A stretch of DNA of 64,000 bases, from assembly GCF_009914755.1 (NCBI RefSeq), contig NC_060930.1. One strand, 5' to 3'. The stretch is from the human T2T-CHM13v2.0 reference genome, Homo sapiens. Below the pieces are notes generated by a model. That model was given only the letters and a program-made list of their open reading frames with translations, was not told the origin of the DNA and ran no database searches. Positions 27,631-40,300 of this stretch are shown here, piece after piece; the stretch's first letter is position 1, and each line of letters starts with the position of its first letter. The position numbers and the translations under genes were made by a program.

Positions 27631-28361
27631 TTTTTACGTTTATAGTTTTTAGGGGTACATAGTAGGTGTGTATATTTATGGGGTACATGAGATATTTTGA
27701 TACAGGCATACAATATGTTATATCAGAATAAATGAGGTATCCATCACCTCAAGCATTTATTATTTGTATTAAAAACATTCCAATTATACTCTATTTTTCA
27801 CTGTACGATAAATTATTATTAACTATAGTCACCCTGTTCTGCTAATAATACATCTTATTCATTCCATCTAACTATATTTTTGTACCCATTAACCATCCCC
27901 ACTTCCCACCCCAATTTCCACTACTCTTCTCTGCTTCTGGTAATCATCATTCTACTCTCTGTCTCCATGAGTTCAGTGGTTTTAATTTGTAGCTTCCACA
28001 AATGAGTGGAGAAAGGGGAGCCTTCACACACGGTTGGTGGAAATGTAAATTAGTACAACCACTGTGGAGAAGAGCATGAAGTTTCCTCAAAAAACAAAAA
28101 AACAGAGCTACCATATGGTCCGGCAGTCTTACTGCTAGGTATGTACCCCGAAGAAAGGAAATAAGTATATTGAAGAGATATTTGCACTTTTATGGTTATT
28201 GTAACACTATTTAAAATAGCCAAGATTTAGAATCAACCTAAGTGTCCATCAACAGATGAATGGATATAGAAAATGTAATACAGAAACACAGTGGAGTACT
28301 ATGCAGACTATAAAAAAAGAACTATAAAAGGAATGAGATCCTGCCATTTGCAACAACATGG
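27631..28361 (-). mobile_element. L1MA1-3-like 5'-truncated insertion with 5' inversion (minus 27631-28008, plus 28009-28361)
   Basis: GGGTACATAGTAGGTGTGTATATTTATGGGGTACATGAGATATTTTGATACAGGCAT (L1MA 3' end, minus) switches at AATGAGTG|GAGAAAGGGG to sense L1 sequence ending GCAACAACATGG. Confidence 0.85.
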
Positions 28362-28534
28362 CTAAATGATGATTTTTTTAAACCTTTGGCTTATCTAATA
28401 AGATAAAAAAAATCCTCCAAGATCAATCCAAAACTGAATCATGAATACTGAAAAGCAAGCACACCCTGAAACTGGGTCATGTCCTAAGGGAATGCTGATC
28501 CTAGATAAAACAGAACTTTTTGAAGACAATTGTT

Positions 28535-29160
28535 TTGTTTTAGAGAAGTTTTATGTTCATCACAAAACTGTTACGGTATAGAGATTTCCTATATCCCTTC
28601 TATCCCCAGGCAAGCATAGCCACTCACATTATTAACATCCCACACAAGAGTGGCACATGCTACAATTTATGAAAGTATGTTGACACATCAAAATCACTCA
28701 AAGTCCATTGTTTCATTAGGGTTCTCTTTTGATGTTGTATAGTCTATGGGTTTGGATAAATTTATAATGACAGTTGCTCATCAGTATGGTAATACAGAGT
28801 ATTTTCACTGTCGTAAAAGTCGTCCGTATCTTTTTGACTCTCCCCACGTTGGCCCTAACCTCAGGCAACCACTGATCTTCTTACTGTCTCCATAGTTTTG
28901 TCCTTTCCAAAATGTCCTATTTTTGAAATAATAAATTATATTGACTTTTTAGATTGGCTTTTATTCACTTATTAATATGCGTTTAAGTTTATATATTTGT
29001 AAGACTTGGTAGCTAGTTTCTTTTAGTGCTGAATAATATTTCATTGTCTGGCTGTACCACGGTTTATTTATTCATTTACCTAGGGAAGAATACTGTGATT
29101 GATTGATTTCAAGTATTTGCAGTTATGAACAAATCTCCTATAAACATCTGTGTAAAATTT
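28535..29160 (-). mobile_element. L1MC1/2-like 3' end
   Basis: TTGACACATCAAAATCACTCAAAGTCCAT...CTATGGGTTTGGATAAAT...GGCAACCACTGATCTT...TTTAGTGCTGAATAATATT. Confidence 0.78.
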
Positions 29161-29785
29161 TGCTATAATTACTGGAGAGAATACATATGTAAAGGTTAGA
29201 GCCCTTGAAAAGTGAGAGAAAGCTCAGCAACTTTCTGGAAGGAACACCAAAAATCCAACACCTATAAGCTAAAGAATAAAGTGATATTAAGTACCTCAAT
29301 GGATGATAGAGAGAAAAATATATTCTGTAAAAATTCATAATCACAATCTAACCTTCATAAATACATCAGATTCAGATTAAAAGTAACCAATTTCAATCTA
29401 TTTCTTGGGCATTTAACTTATGAGAAATTACCAAAGTATGTAAGAACACTGAAAGCATCAATAAATATCACTGCCTGTTCAACATTATAAATATCTAAAA
29501 ATAAAAACTGGAATCAACCTCAATGTTTCTTAATTTGTTTGCAAATTTTTTGAATAAATGATAATAAAAATGAAATATGACACTGTTTTACTGAAAGAGG
29601 AATTAGATTGAATTTCGCCTTTCCAGAAAAAAAGGTAGTCTAGAAAGATTAAAAGAAAGATTCTGATGGGTCCTAAAGTTAAAGGGACTGTGTCTGCTTC
29701 TGGACAGTTTCATTACAGAGTAGCATAATTTCTGGAAATTAAAAATATCTAGTTGATGTGATGTGTCTATATTAAATGAGATAAA

Positions 29786-30177
29786 GGATATATATATGGA
29801 TATGGATATATATATATGGATATATATATATGGATATATATATGGATATATATATGGATATATATATATGGATATATATATGGATATATATATATGGATA
29901 TATATATATGGATATATATATATGGATATATATATATGGATATATATATATGGATATATATATATGGATATATATATATGGATATATATATATGGATATA
30001 TATGGATATATGGATATATATATGGATATATATGGATATATGGATATATATATGGATATATATGGATATATATGGATATATATGGATATATATGGATATA
30101 TATGGATATATATATATGGAGATATATATGGATATATATATATGGATATATATATATATGGATATATATATATATAT

Positions 30178-30213
<36 letters not shown>

Positions 30214-30223
30214 ATATATATAT
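29786..30223. repeat. Compound GG(AT)n tandem repeat (about 34 units, n=2-16)
   Basis: Directly visible; the tract is stop-free, which explains the six Ile/Tyr-rich ORFs in the track. Confidence 0.98.
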
Positions 30224-30302
30224 GTTGCCTGCAGGCCATGCTTGGCATATATCCATGGATATATCCATGGATATATGCCAAGCATGGCCTGCAGGCAACA
30301 TA
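30221..30302. repeat. Perfect 82-bp palindrome (41-bp arms, no spacer)
   Basis: TATGTTGCCTGCAGGCCATGCTTGGCATATATCCATGGATA|TATCCATGGATATATGCCAAGCATGGCCTGCAGGCAACATA; the arms were checked base by base as exact reverse complements. Confidence 0.98.
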
Positions 30303-30771
30303 AGACGGAGCAGAACAAGAGAATGAAGATAATGAATGTCTTCATGCTAGCTTATAAGTACACTGGCGACTGAGAATAACTAGATGTCCCCTATATCTAG
30401 GATGCTTAAACTGTGACATGCATTTAACTTAAGATATAAGCCCTTACTTTTTGGAGAGATTCTAACTATAATGAATGTGAAGCTTATAATCAGAAGAGTG
30501 TACTATTATACATGTACGTATATACTTGAATATTTCAATAAATTTTACTTTATATAAACCTATTATATATGTTTATATAGAAGTTATATACCTGTAGGCT
30601 ATTTAATCCATACCTCAGATTGCAGATTGAAGTTTATACCATGCAGCTAAGCACACACACGTATGTAGTTGCATATATGTTTATACAATGCAGCTACATA
30701 TATGTGTGTGTATGTGGCTACATTGTATAAACACAATGGAGTACTATTCAGCCATAAAAAATAATGAACTG

Positions 30772-30802
<31 letters not shown>

Positions 30803-30964
30803 ATACATACACACACACAAACATATATGTAGCAGCATAGTATAAACTGTATAAATATATAACTATATGTAAAACAAAATAGCTAGAAATATATATAATG
30901 TCTTATTGGAATAAAAAAATCTAGTCTCAGATTAATACATATGGTATGATAACATTTAGTGGGA

Positions 30965-31385
30965 GTCTTGATTAGGATTTTCCTCAAAGCAAACCCAGAG
31001 GCAAAAAGTTGACTGCAGATAGATTATTTAGAAGGTTATCCTAGAAAACACCTGTCAGAGTCCCTCTGAAATAGTTTGAAGTGTGTCTCATAAGGTTCCA
31101 CTGGAGGACAGAGGGAAAATTGTAGGTATTTATCCATAGACTTCTGTTCTTTATGTTGTAAGAATCCTCACCTCCCTACCCTGTGATTTCTAATGTCTTG
31201 GCTACACAAACTTTCATGATGCTAACACTGCCTCTAAGGCCCCAAAGAAGAAAGACTTAGATGATTCAAGTGAGAAGTTGTCAATGTGCTGTACAAAGTA
31301 CTGCAATACCTGCCAAGGAATGCAGGTTGCCTATGGACTGTGGTGACTATGGGGACCCTGGGGCATCAAGGGCATCTGCTGTGGG
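30965..31385 (-). mobile_element. LTR16-like ERVL LTR (degenerate)
   Basis: GTCTTGATTAGGATTTTCCTCAAAGCAAACCCAGAGGCAAAAAGTTGACTGCAGATAGATTATTTTAGAAGGTTATCCTAGAAAACAC resembles the reverse complement of the LTR16 3' end. Confidence 0.5.
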
Positions 31386-32204
31386 GAAGAATGGAGAAAT
31401 TAGAATACCTACATGAGTAATTGAGTTTGAAGCTATTTTAATTGGCATGGAAAATTGTGTGGAAGAATATATTTAAAATTTTTAACCTGTCAGCTGGAGA
31501 AGGGCTAGCAGGATTGCATTGTTTGATTTGTTGTCATGTCTATATATTATTTTTGATATTAAATATAATAGTTACCAAGCAACCCATTATAAGTGAATAT
31601 TCTATTACACTGATAGTCCATTCATTAAACAAATTTAGTAGTTATAAGCTTTGATTTCTGGAATTCACTGAGTTAATTAGCGAAGCTCATTTTATAGGAA
31701 GAGATTTAACAAGGAAATTCAAAAAGGCATTCTTTGGCAGATGATTCTATTACAGAAATATAGTGAAGATAATGAGTAACCAAAATCTCATTTCCGTATT
31801 TGGGGTTTTTCTCATTTCTCAAACTCCATTCATGTGTTCAATTGTTTAAAAATATTAATTAAAATACTCTAATCTTTATGATTGAGACAAAAAATAAAAA
31901 AAAATTCAGAGGATGGTGATTAGGTAGTTTCCTTCTTCACTTAAAAGCTGAAATCTAAGTTGGGTTTTGCTAAGCCCACAACTTATATATGACAGAGAGG
32001 CAACAAAAATATGTTGAAAAATGATGCCTACATTGATTAATACTTGGTTGACTGAATGAATGAATGATTCAATCTGTTAATCAGTTTTATAGATGCAAAG
32101 ATCTGGAAATATAAAAACAACTGTAATGTATTATAAAATCTAAAATTCATAAATCATCACTTTTTACCGTAATGAAAATCTACGTATTAGGAAAAGGTAA
32201 ATCT

Positions 32205-32525
32205 GTTTAACCCCAAATCTCAGTGGCAAACCACAAAATTTTTTTCTTGCTCACATAAATTATCAGTTAAGATCAGGCATCTTTCTCTGGAACGTTCTTC
32301 CAATCAGTGACTTAAGAAAGTGGACTCTTTCAATGATGTTGCTTTAGTGTTTTGAAATCCCTTGTTTCCAGCCAGGTAGAAAAGGGAGAAAGACATCATA
32401 AAAGATAGCTCAGATTTATTCTTTTTTTGTCCAGGCTTGCAAGTGACTATCACTTCTGCATACATTTTATTAGCCAGAATCAACTTTGTCCCAATCCAAG
32501 TTCAAATGAAGCTGAAAATTGTTGA
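32205..32525 (-). mobile_element. Old MLT1 (J/K/L-like) LTR fragment
   Basis: CCCCAAATCTCAGTGGC...TTTCTTGCTCACAT...TCACTTCTGCATACATTTTATTAGCCAGAA. Confidence 0.5.
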
Positions 32526-33550
32526 ACATCTAGGTAGTCTTCATCATACCTACTACAGTTTCCCTACTACCTTCCCAATAGGAAATATATTAAGAGATTT
32601 AGTAAAGACAGAATTATACCTATATGTAATTAAATATGAATTAGAATATAGCATTATTCTTTAACATATTTTACGTGAATAATTTAGTTCACATTAATGT
32701 CAAAGTCTTAATATACTCAAATAGGTATGGGTGATTAACAGTAGATACGAAGAAGACATTTCTAACAAAGGGAAAAACCTAAATATGTATTTATAGTGAG
32801 GTCATAGAACCAAAGAGTGTTTTTGGTAGTCATCTGGGAAGATTTAGTTACATGTTTTTCTAAAGGAAAGAGAATACTACAGGCTGGATGAACTTTAGTA
32901 ATCTCTACTGGCTATATAAGTCTGTGACATTTCCTTTGGCTCTCTAAATTATATTCAATTAGGATGACATTATATATGCTTTATAGTATATGGAAAAAAG
33001 TTGCCCCTGGCCTGGCCTTACTAAGTAAAATTAAAAAACACGATAATATATGCCTCAAAGTCTGCAGTATAAACCTGCCAGTGGGTGAAAAGTGGTTGGG
33101 GGAAAATCTAGACCTCACACTCCCTCGTTTTTAAAAATTAATAAAAATCTCATTGTACCATAGCTTTCCCGAAAATTTCAAAATGATTTCACAATGATTT
33201 TGGGAGTGTCTGTATAGTTAAGAAAAATGGTTTGCATCCATGGCCACTTACTGTACTGATGACTGTTTTATGTATAAAATCAACTCTAAGCAAACACAAA
33301 AAAGATAAGTTGAAAAAATTTGCCTAGATGATACTATGTTGCACTCAGAACCTCCTCTTCCATTTTAAGATTAATGTTGTTTTTTTAGGTCAAGGTCTTA
33401 GAGTCTGTTTCTTTATCCCATAGAAAAATTCATTCAAGCAATACTCAGTGGTTTCTTGCCAAACTTATCTCAGCCTCTCCAGGTCAATCTAAAAGATCTT
33501 TACATTCAAGTGGCAAACCTTTATGCATTATAATTGACATAATTGGTTCT

Positions 33551-34110
33551 TGTTATCTATTGCTACATAACAAATTATCACACATTTTAAGACGTAAAAC
33601 AACATTTATTAACTCATAGTTTCCACGAATTAGGAGCCAGACATCAGTTAACTACAGCCTCTTCTCAGGGTCTTACCAGCTGAAATCGAGGTAACGACCC
33701 AGGCTGCTATCTCTTCTGAAGCTTGGGTCCTCTTCTACTTTCACATTGTTGGCAGAGCACAATTCCTTGCGGTAGTAAGTTTGAAGTCTCCGTTTTTCTT
33801 GCTAGCTGTTGGCTAGCAACCTCACAGAGCACCCTTATGCCCTTGCCATGCAGTCCCCTTCATAACTGCTTTCATAATATAGCAACTTAATTCTTCAAGA
33901 CTGGCAGGAAAAGTTCTGTCTAGGCTGCTAGTCTGCTCTAACATAATTATAGGAATAACTATTTCAACATTGGTGTCTTACAACTTGAACAAATCAAGAA
34001 AGTGTCTATCCCATCAGAATACAGGTTTGGCCCAACTCAAAAGAGGCAATTATTGAACATGTATATACCAGTAGCAGAAATTCTGAGTGCTAAGAATTCC
34101 ATTCACTACA
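33551..34110 (-). mobile_element. MLT1E/F-like LTR
   Basis: TATCTATTGCTACATAACAAATTA...AAACAACATTTATTAACTCATAGTTTC...TTGTTGGCAGAGCACAATTCCTTGCGG. Confidence 0.7.
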
Positions 34111-34519
34111 TAATTCTTTCAATATTAGAAATAATTTCTAAGAGTGATTTTACAACTGATACTAACTGGAATTTTTTCTCCTGATTTAAATTACTTCTGA
34201 AAAATTATTTTAGTTTTAGTCAATAAATGTGACATGGATTAATAAATGACTTTCTAACAAAGATTTAAACTGTTTTTAAAAATGCATAAATACAGAAAAA
34301 TAAGATTCACTTATATAAGTAATAAAAATGAAGAAGGAACAATTTTGCCACATAAAGATTATACTTTGAGATTTTTATTTGGATAATTTGGACAAATCTG
34401 TAAGACATAACCCTTACCCCCCTCAACAACAACTTTAAGAAGTTTTGTTTCAACATTGGAAAGGGCTTTTGAGAAAATCATTTCTCATTTCATTTTTTCC
34501 TCTTTATTAGCCTATCTTT

Positions 34520-36918
34520 TATATTTATCTTTTCACTTTTTTGGTTTAGTAGTCGCCTTAGAGTTTTCACTATATATTTCACAAGTAATCAAAGTACACT
34601 TTCAAATAACGGTACACCACTTCATGCCTAGTTTAAGTATCCTACAATAAGAAACTATTCCGAATCCCTTTCTTTTATCCCTTATATCATTTTTGTCATT
34701 CATAAGCATGCACATGTAATCACCTACATTATTTTTATTATCATTTGGAACAGAATGTTGTCAGTTAGATTAAGAAAGAATAAGACAATAAAAGCTTTTA
34801 TTTTATCTTTACTTATTTGTTTTCTAATGCTTTTGTTTTATTTATGTAGATCAGAGTTTCTGGCCTATATTATTTCTTCTCTCTGAAGAAGTTCTTTTAC
34901 CATTTAGTAAAAGGCAAGTCTATTGGCAACAATTTTTTTCAATTTTTATTTGTCTTTATTTCCCCTTCACTTTTTAAGGAAATTTCAGAGTATAGAATTC
35001 TAGGTTGGTGTTTTTTTTCCTTTCAACATTTTAAATATTTAACTCAACTCTCTTCTTGTTGGCATAGTATTTGAAAAGTCAGATGTAATTCTTATCTTTG
35101 CTCTCTGGTAGGTAAGGTATTTTTCCCTCTGGCTTATTTCAAGATTTTTTTCCTTATCTTAGACTTTCTGAAGTTTGAATATTACATACCTTGGTGTAAT
35201 TATTTTTGTCATTTATCTTGCTTGGTGTTCTCTGACATTTCTGGATCTGTGGTTTGGTGCCTGAACTAATTTTAAAAATTATGTTATTATTGCTTTAAAT
35301 GTTGCTTCAGTTTTTTTTTTCTTCTGTCTTCTTTCTTTGGCTTTTCATTATGCATAAGTTATTCCTTTTGTGGTTGTTCCACAGTTCTTAGCCCACTTTT
35401 TTTTTTTCAGGCTTTTTCTGTTTGCTTTTCAGTTTAGAAGGTTTCTATTGTCATATTTACAGGCTTAGAGATTTTTTTTCCTCAGTCACATGCAGTTTAC
35501 TACTGAGCTACAGAGGAATTTTCATTTCTTTCACAATGTTTTTGATCTCTAGCTTTTTTTATTTTAAGTTTTTCTGAGATTTCTATCTCGTAGCTTACAT
35601 TATATTTTTGTTCTTACATGTTATGTATTTCTTCCTTTAAAACCCTTAGTGGCCAGGTGTGGTGGTTCGCTCCTGTAATCCCAACACTTTGGGAAGCTGA
35701 GGCAAGTGGATCACCTGAGGTCAGGAGTTCGAGACCAGCCTGGCCAAAATGGTGAAACCCCATCTCTACTAAAAATAGAAAAATTAGCCTGGCGGGGTGG
35801 TGGGCACCTATAGTCCCAGCTACTCAGGAGGCTGAGGCAGAAAAATCACTTGAACCCAGGAAGCGGAGGTTGCAGTGAATCAAGATCGTGCCACGGCACT
35901 CCAGCCTGGGTGACAGAGTGAGATTCCATCAAAAAACAAACAAACAACAACAAAAAAACAAAAAACAAAACAAAACAAAAAACTCTTAGCATGTTAGTCA
36001 TGGTTGTTTTAAATTCCTGGTCTGATAATTTCAGCATCCCTATCATATCTGATATTGGTTTTGATGCTTGTTAAGTCTCTTAAAGATGTGGGTTTTGTTT
36101 GTTTGTTTTTGTTTTTGCCTTTTAGAATTTCTTGTCACTTTTTTTTAAAAATCTGAACATAATGTACTGGGTGAAAGGAAGTTAGGTAAATAGACCTTTT
36201 GCTGTGTGATGGTGAGCCTTGGAGGAAAGAGAAGCATTCTATGGCCCTATGATTCGGTCTCAGTCCTTTGGGTGATACCGTGTTCTTGGTCTGTGAACTT
36301 CACCAGTTCTTCCAGACTGTTTCCCCACTTAGGTAGGCCAGAAGGGCTGGAGGGGTTGGAAAGTTGTGATTTTCCTTTCGCCAGTTGGTTAGACTGATAA
36401 AACCTAACCAGGTTAGGCTCTACTAAAATAGCTTCTCCCGAAGGCAAACCTTTTAAGAACAGAATGCTGTAATGCATTTCAAAATCGTTATTTTACCTCT
36501 TCTGCCACAAGCACACAGGATTTTTCTGATATTTTCTGTAAGGACCTGCAAGAGCTCCTTGAGATAAGACTCACTAAGGAGTGGGATCTTTAACATAACA
36601 GGGGTCTGCCTTGAGTATCTAACTCTCAGACTCATCCTCACTGAGCCTCTAGCAACGTATCAATTACAGTCAAGCTTTTCCTGCCCTGGTACTGGCTTCC
36701 ATGGAGGTTTCTGCTCATAGGTTTCTGCTGTGGTAAGTTGTGATTCTCTGTAATTGCTTGTCTTTCTCTCTGATTTTTGGGTCAGGGGTTTTCCTCATGT
36801 TCTTACTTCTCTGACAGATCTAAGAGGAGTTGCTGATTTTTCAGTTTGTTCAGCGTTTTACTTATTGTTAGGGTGAGTGGGAACTTCTAAAGCCCTTACA
36901 TGCTAGACTGAAAACCAT
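34520..36918 (-). mobile_element. L1MC/L1MD-class 5' UTR, ORF1 and inter-ORF remnant, interrupted by Alu
   Basis: Minus ORF 35846-36046 begins MLKLSDQEFKTTMTNMLR (old L1 ORF1 N-terminus); TAGAATTCTAGGTTGG and GATGTAATTCTTATCTTTG are antisense ORF1 motifs. Confidence 0.7.
35651..35980 (+). mobile_element. AluS (Sx-like)
   Basis: Full dimer with an (AAAC)-type tail; degenerate TSD AAAACCCTTAG / AAAACTCTTAG. Confidence 0.96.
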
Positions 36919-37039
36919 ATGATTATCAGTTAAATTTTAATTTCAACTAACCAGAAAATTCTTCCCTCCAGATTTGAATCCACAGGCACGAGTAACAATT
37001 CTCTCAAATGATTAACACTTAATAATTACCACTAACTCA

Positions 37040-37338
37040 GGCCGGGCACGGTCGCTCACACCTGTAATCCCAGCACTTTGGGAGGCCAAGGAGAGCGGAT
37101 CACCTGAGGTTGGGAGTTTGAGACCAGCCTGGCTAACATGGTGAAACCCCGTCTCTACTGAAAATACAAAAATTAGCTGGATGTGGTGGCACACACCTGT
37201 AATCCCAGCTACTGAGAGAGCTGAGGCAGGGGAATCTCCTGAACCCAGGAGGTGGAGGTGGTAGTGAACCGAGATCTCACGACCGCACTCCAGCCTGGGC
37301 AACAGAGTGAGACTCTACCTCAAAAAATAAAAATAAAA
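37040..37338 (+). mobile_element. AluS (Sq/Sp-like)
   Basis: Full dimer; CTAACTCA flanks both ends. Confidence 0.96.
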
Positions 37339-40300
37339 TTGCGTCTAACTCATATTCTCACGTTCTGGAATTAAAATGTTTTCAAAACGAAGCAAACATA
37401 GCCATTTTGAGTTGCATAGACTGAAAATATTTTTCTGTTATGTCCAGAACATTCTTATAACTATTCTTGAGGATAACATTCTAATGATTATATTTACAGT
37501 TTTGAGTCTTTATATAATAAACCAGTTTGTCTATATATCTTCGTATCAGATATAAAAATATATGCACATGCACACAAAGCTTAACTCTACATCACCTTTG
37601 ACTGTACATATGCAAAAATCAACCCAAAATATTTTATTCTGAGCAGTAAACTGAAAATATTAAATAGGATTAAATTACAAAGGTTTAAAAATATATATGA
37701 ATTAGTAATTATTTATTTTAACAACTGTAAAAATATTACCAAGGTTTTTAAAGGAGAAAAGTAAAAGAAAATGGACAGTAATAAAGGATTACAAACTCAT
37801 AATCAACAAAACATCATTTAATGTGAGATGAAATTTTGAAGAATAATTTTATTTTTAACCTACTTATCTATTTTTATATATTAAGCTTTTATCCAACTCA
37901 ATTTCATGACTATTTTCTAAAATCTTTAATCTTTAACTCAGAAAACTAGAACATGATTATTAAAGAAAATTTACCACAATTATTTTTCCCCTTTCACATG
38001 TAAGAATGAGTGAAGAGGTAGTCATCAGTCAGGAGCATTACTCTTGTTAAACTTCCAAATTGAAACATGAAAGTAACAAGAAAATAGGTGACCCCTTCCC
38101 CCAATAGTGGAAGGTCAGTGAAGAAAATAATTTATGAATACTATCATTCAACCTCTACATCTCTCCTAAACTCCAACACCAGAAAACCTATTTTCTCTAT
38201 CCAATTTCAAAAGCTATGCTACAATAAACTTTGGCACCACTCGGAGGAGGAAGTTTTACTTCCTTGAAACTAACGTCCTGAAAATTGAAATGACCTATGT
38301 CAACATTACTCACTATTGGGACTGAGAATATGAGACCACCTGTGTCAGCAAGACTTTGTTCTGTACAATTCTTGCCAGGTAAATAAGATTTTTAAACAAT
38401 AAATAACTGCTGCTTGTTTCTAAAATTTCTGGGAAACCAATTTACCTGGGCAAACAATTTGCTCATCTTGGCTAAAAACTTTCCTATTAGGGCAACAGTT
38501 TGTTCAACTGGGTTAACCACTAGCTCACCAGATTTCTTAACCCGACATAATGACAAATCATGTCAGAGATTTTTTTCAATCTAACCTACTTTCTACCATG
38601 AAAGACTCATCATAAACAATTTGTCCCCTAATTTATTTAAATATCTATTTTCTTTTTAAATTTATTTCCTTGTTTTTTTTCCCCAGGTGAAGGTAAATGT
38701 TTCTCTTTTAAATATATTTGGAATGGGAATGTGGGGGTTCCTTCTGTCCGTTACCAAATAATATTAACATAAAAAATCTCAGCACATATTTTAATAAAGA
38801 CAAAATAAAGGTTGCATTTTTTAATATTTATTTTACCTGGAAATGTACCAGTTATGCAAAGACATATGAGAAAACACTGCATATGCATACACAATCTATC
38901 AATAATATTCCTCCCAGAGACAATTTGCTATATATTTATTTAAAAGTATATTTTCTGTTTAATACTTTTTTTGATGCAGAGATAGAAATACAGATATTTG
39001 ATTATCTGTAAATTCTGGCCATTTTTATTTTATCTTATTATATAACAATGTTTTTGCACATTTTTATAATTGGCATTATTCATGTAATTTTGATAAGATT
39101 ACTTATTTCCAAGATGATTTCACTTGTCTGATAATACCCATTGCATGTTTGTGTTATAAATTATATTCAGAATTCTGAATTGACCATTACTTTGTTCCAT
39201 TGCTGTCAGGATTACTGTATCTAAATCATTGCTCCTATCTTTTTCTTTAAATTAGACTCCTAGAATATAACTTTCAAAGGGCAAGTACAGATGTTTGGCT
39301 TTTGATAACACAGCCAAATAGCCTTTCAACTATTTGTATCATTATATATTTTCAACAGTAATTCTAAATATGAGTGATAATTTAAAAAAGATTTCAATGT
39401 GGTGCATTAAGTATTTGGTTTTCATTTTAATTTTTAGTTAAATTTTATTAATGGTGATACACATCTTTTCATATTTGTTTTTCTCTTGTATTATAGCTTT
39501 ACCTTTGTGAAATTTCTGTCTCTGTCCCTGTTCTTTGCAATTTTTTATGGAGACATTTGTGGCTTCTTCTCAAATCTAAAAACTATATATTAAAAAGATA
39601 TCTGCATAAGTCAATCTTTGTTAACATTATGTAATATTGCATAATTTACAGCATATTTTTAGGTAATGTGTGTATTTGCTTATGATGACATTTTCACTTC
39701 AAAAAATAGAACAGTATTTCACTAATTCAAAAATATAATTATTTCAATTTAGGATATTATTTAAATAAGCAAAAAAAGCAATGTGCGTATGAATAAAGAA
39801 TGGTGAGCCTGTATTTACCTCAAAAAATGGGTATGTGTGATGATTTTGGAGAATTAGCTAAAAAAGAAAATTATGTATAAAATTATGAGTTCTATAAGAA
39901 AGACAAGTTGTTACCCCTACTGCTAGCACTGCTAGCAAACAGAACTGTAAGTGACATTAGAGAGAATTACTAAAATCTCTTGAAATACCAAGGAAAGGTA
40001 TTGTACATTATGATTATATTTGAGTCTAGAAATAGAGTGAAAAGATGCATTGGGAAGTATTGAGGGACTATCACCTATATTTATGAAAGGAATTATGTTG
40101 CTATATGAATAAGATGAATTGTTTCTCATGCCAAACCACATGGTATCACTTCAACAGCTGAGGGCAATACTGCCTCCTGATTTTGCTTAATTAATATAAA
40201 AAATGGTGAAACTATCATTTATCATCCAGTCATTGTCCCTCAGTTCCCTCAGTTTATTTCTTCTCCACAGACTCTGAGAAGAACTATTTAATAAAGAGAA

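Noticed and set aside
29786-30302. CRISPR-like or engineered (SbfI/NcoI site) array
   Set aside because: There are no unique spacers and the context is eukaryotic; the restriction sites follow from palindromic symmetry, and no vector sequence is seen.
29603-30373. Six overlapping 157-232 aa Ile/Tyr-rich ORFs on both strands
   Set aside because: They arise because the GG(AT)n repeat and the palindrome contain no stop codons; the shared peptide [27 protein letters not shown] on both strands just reflects the palindrome.
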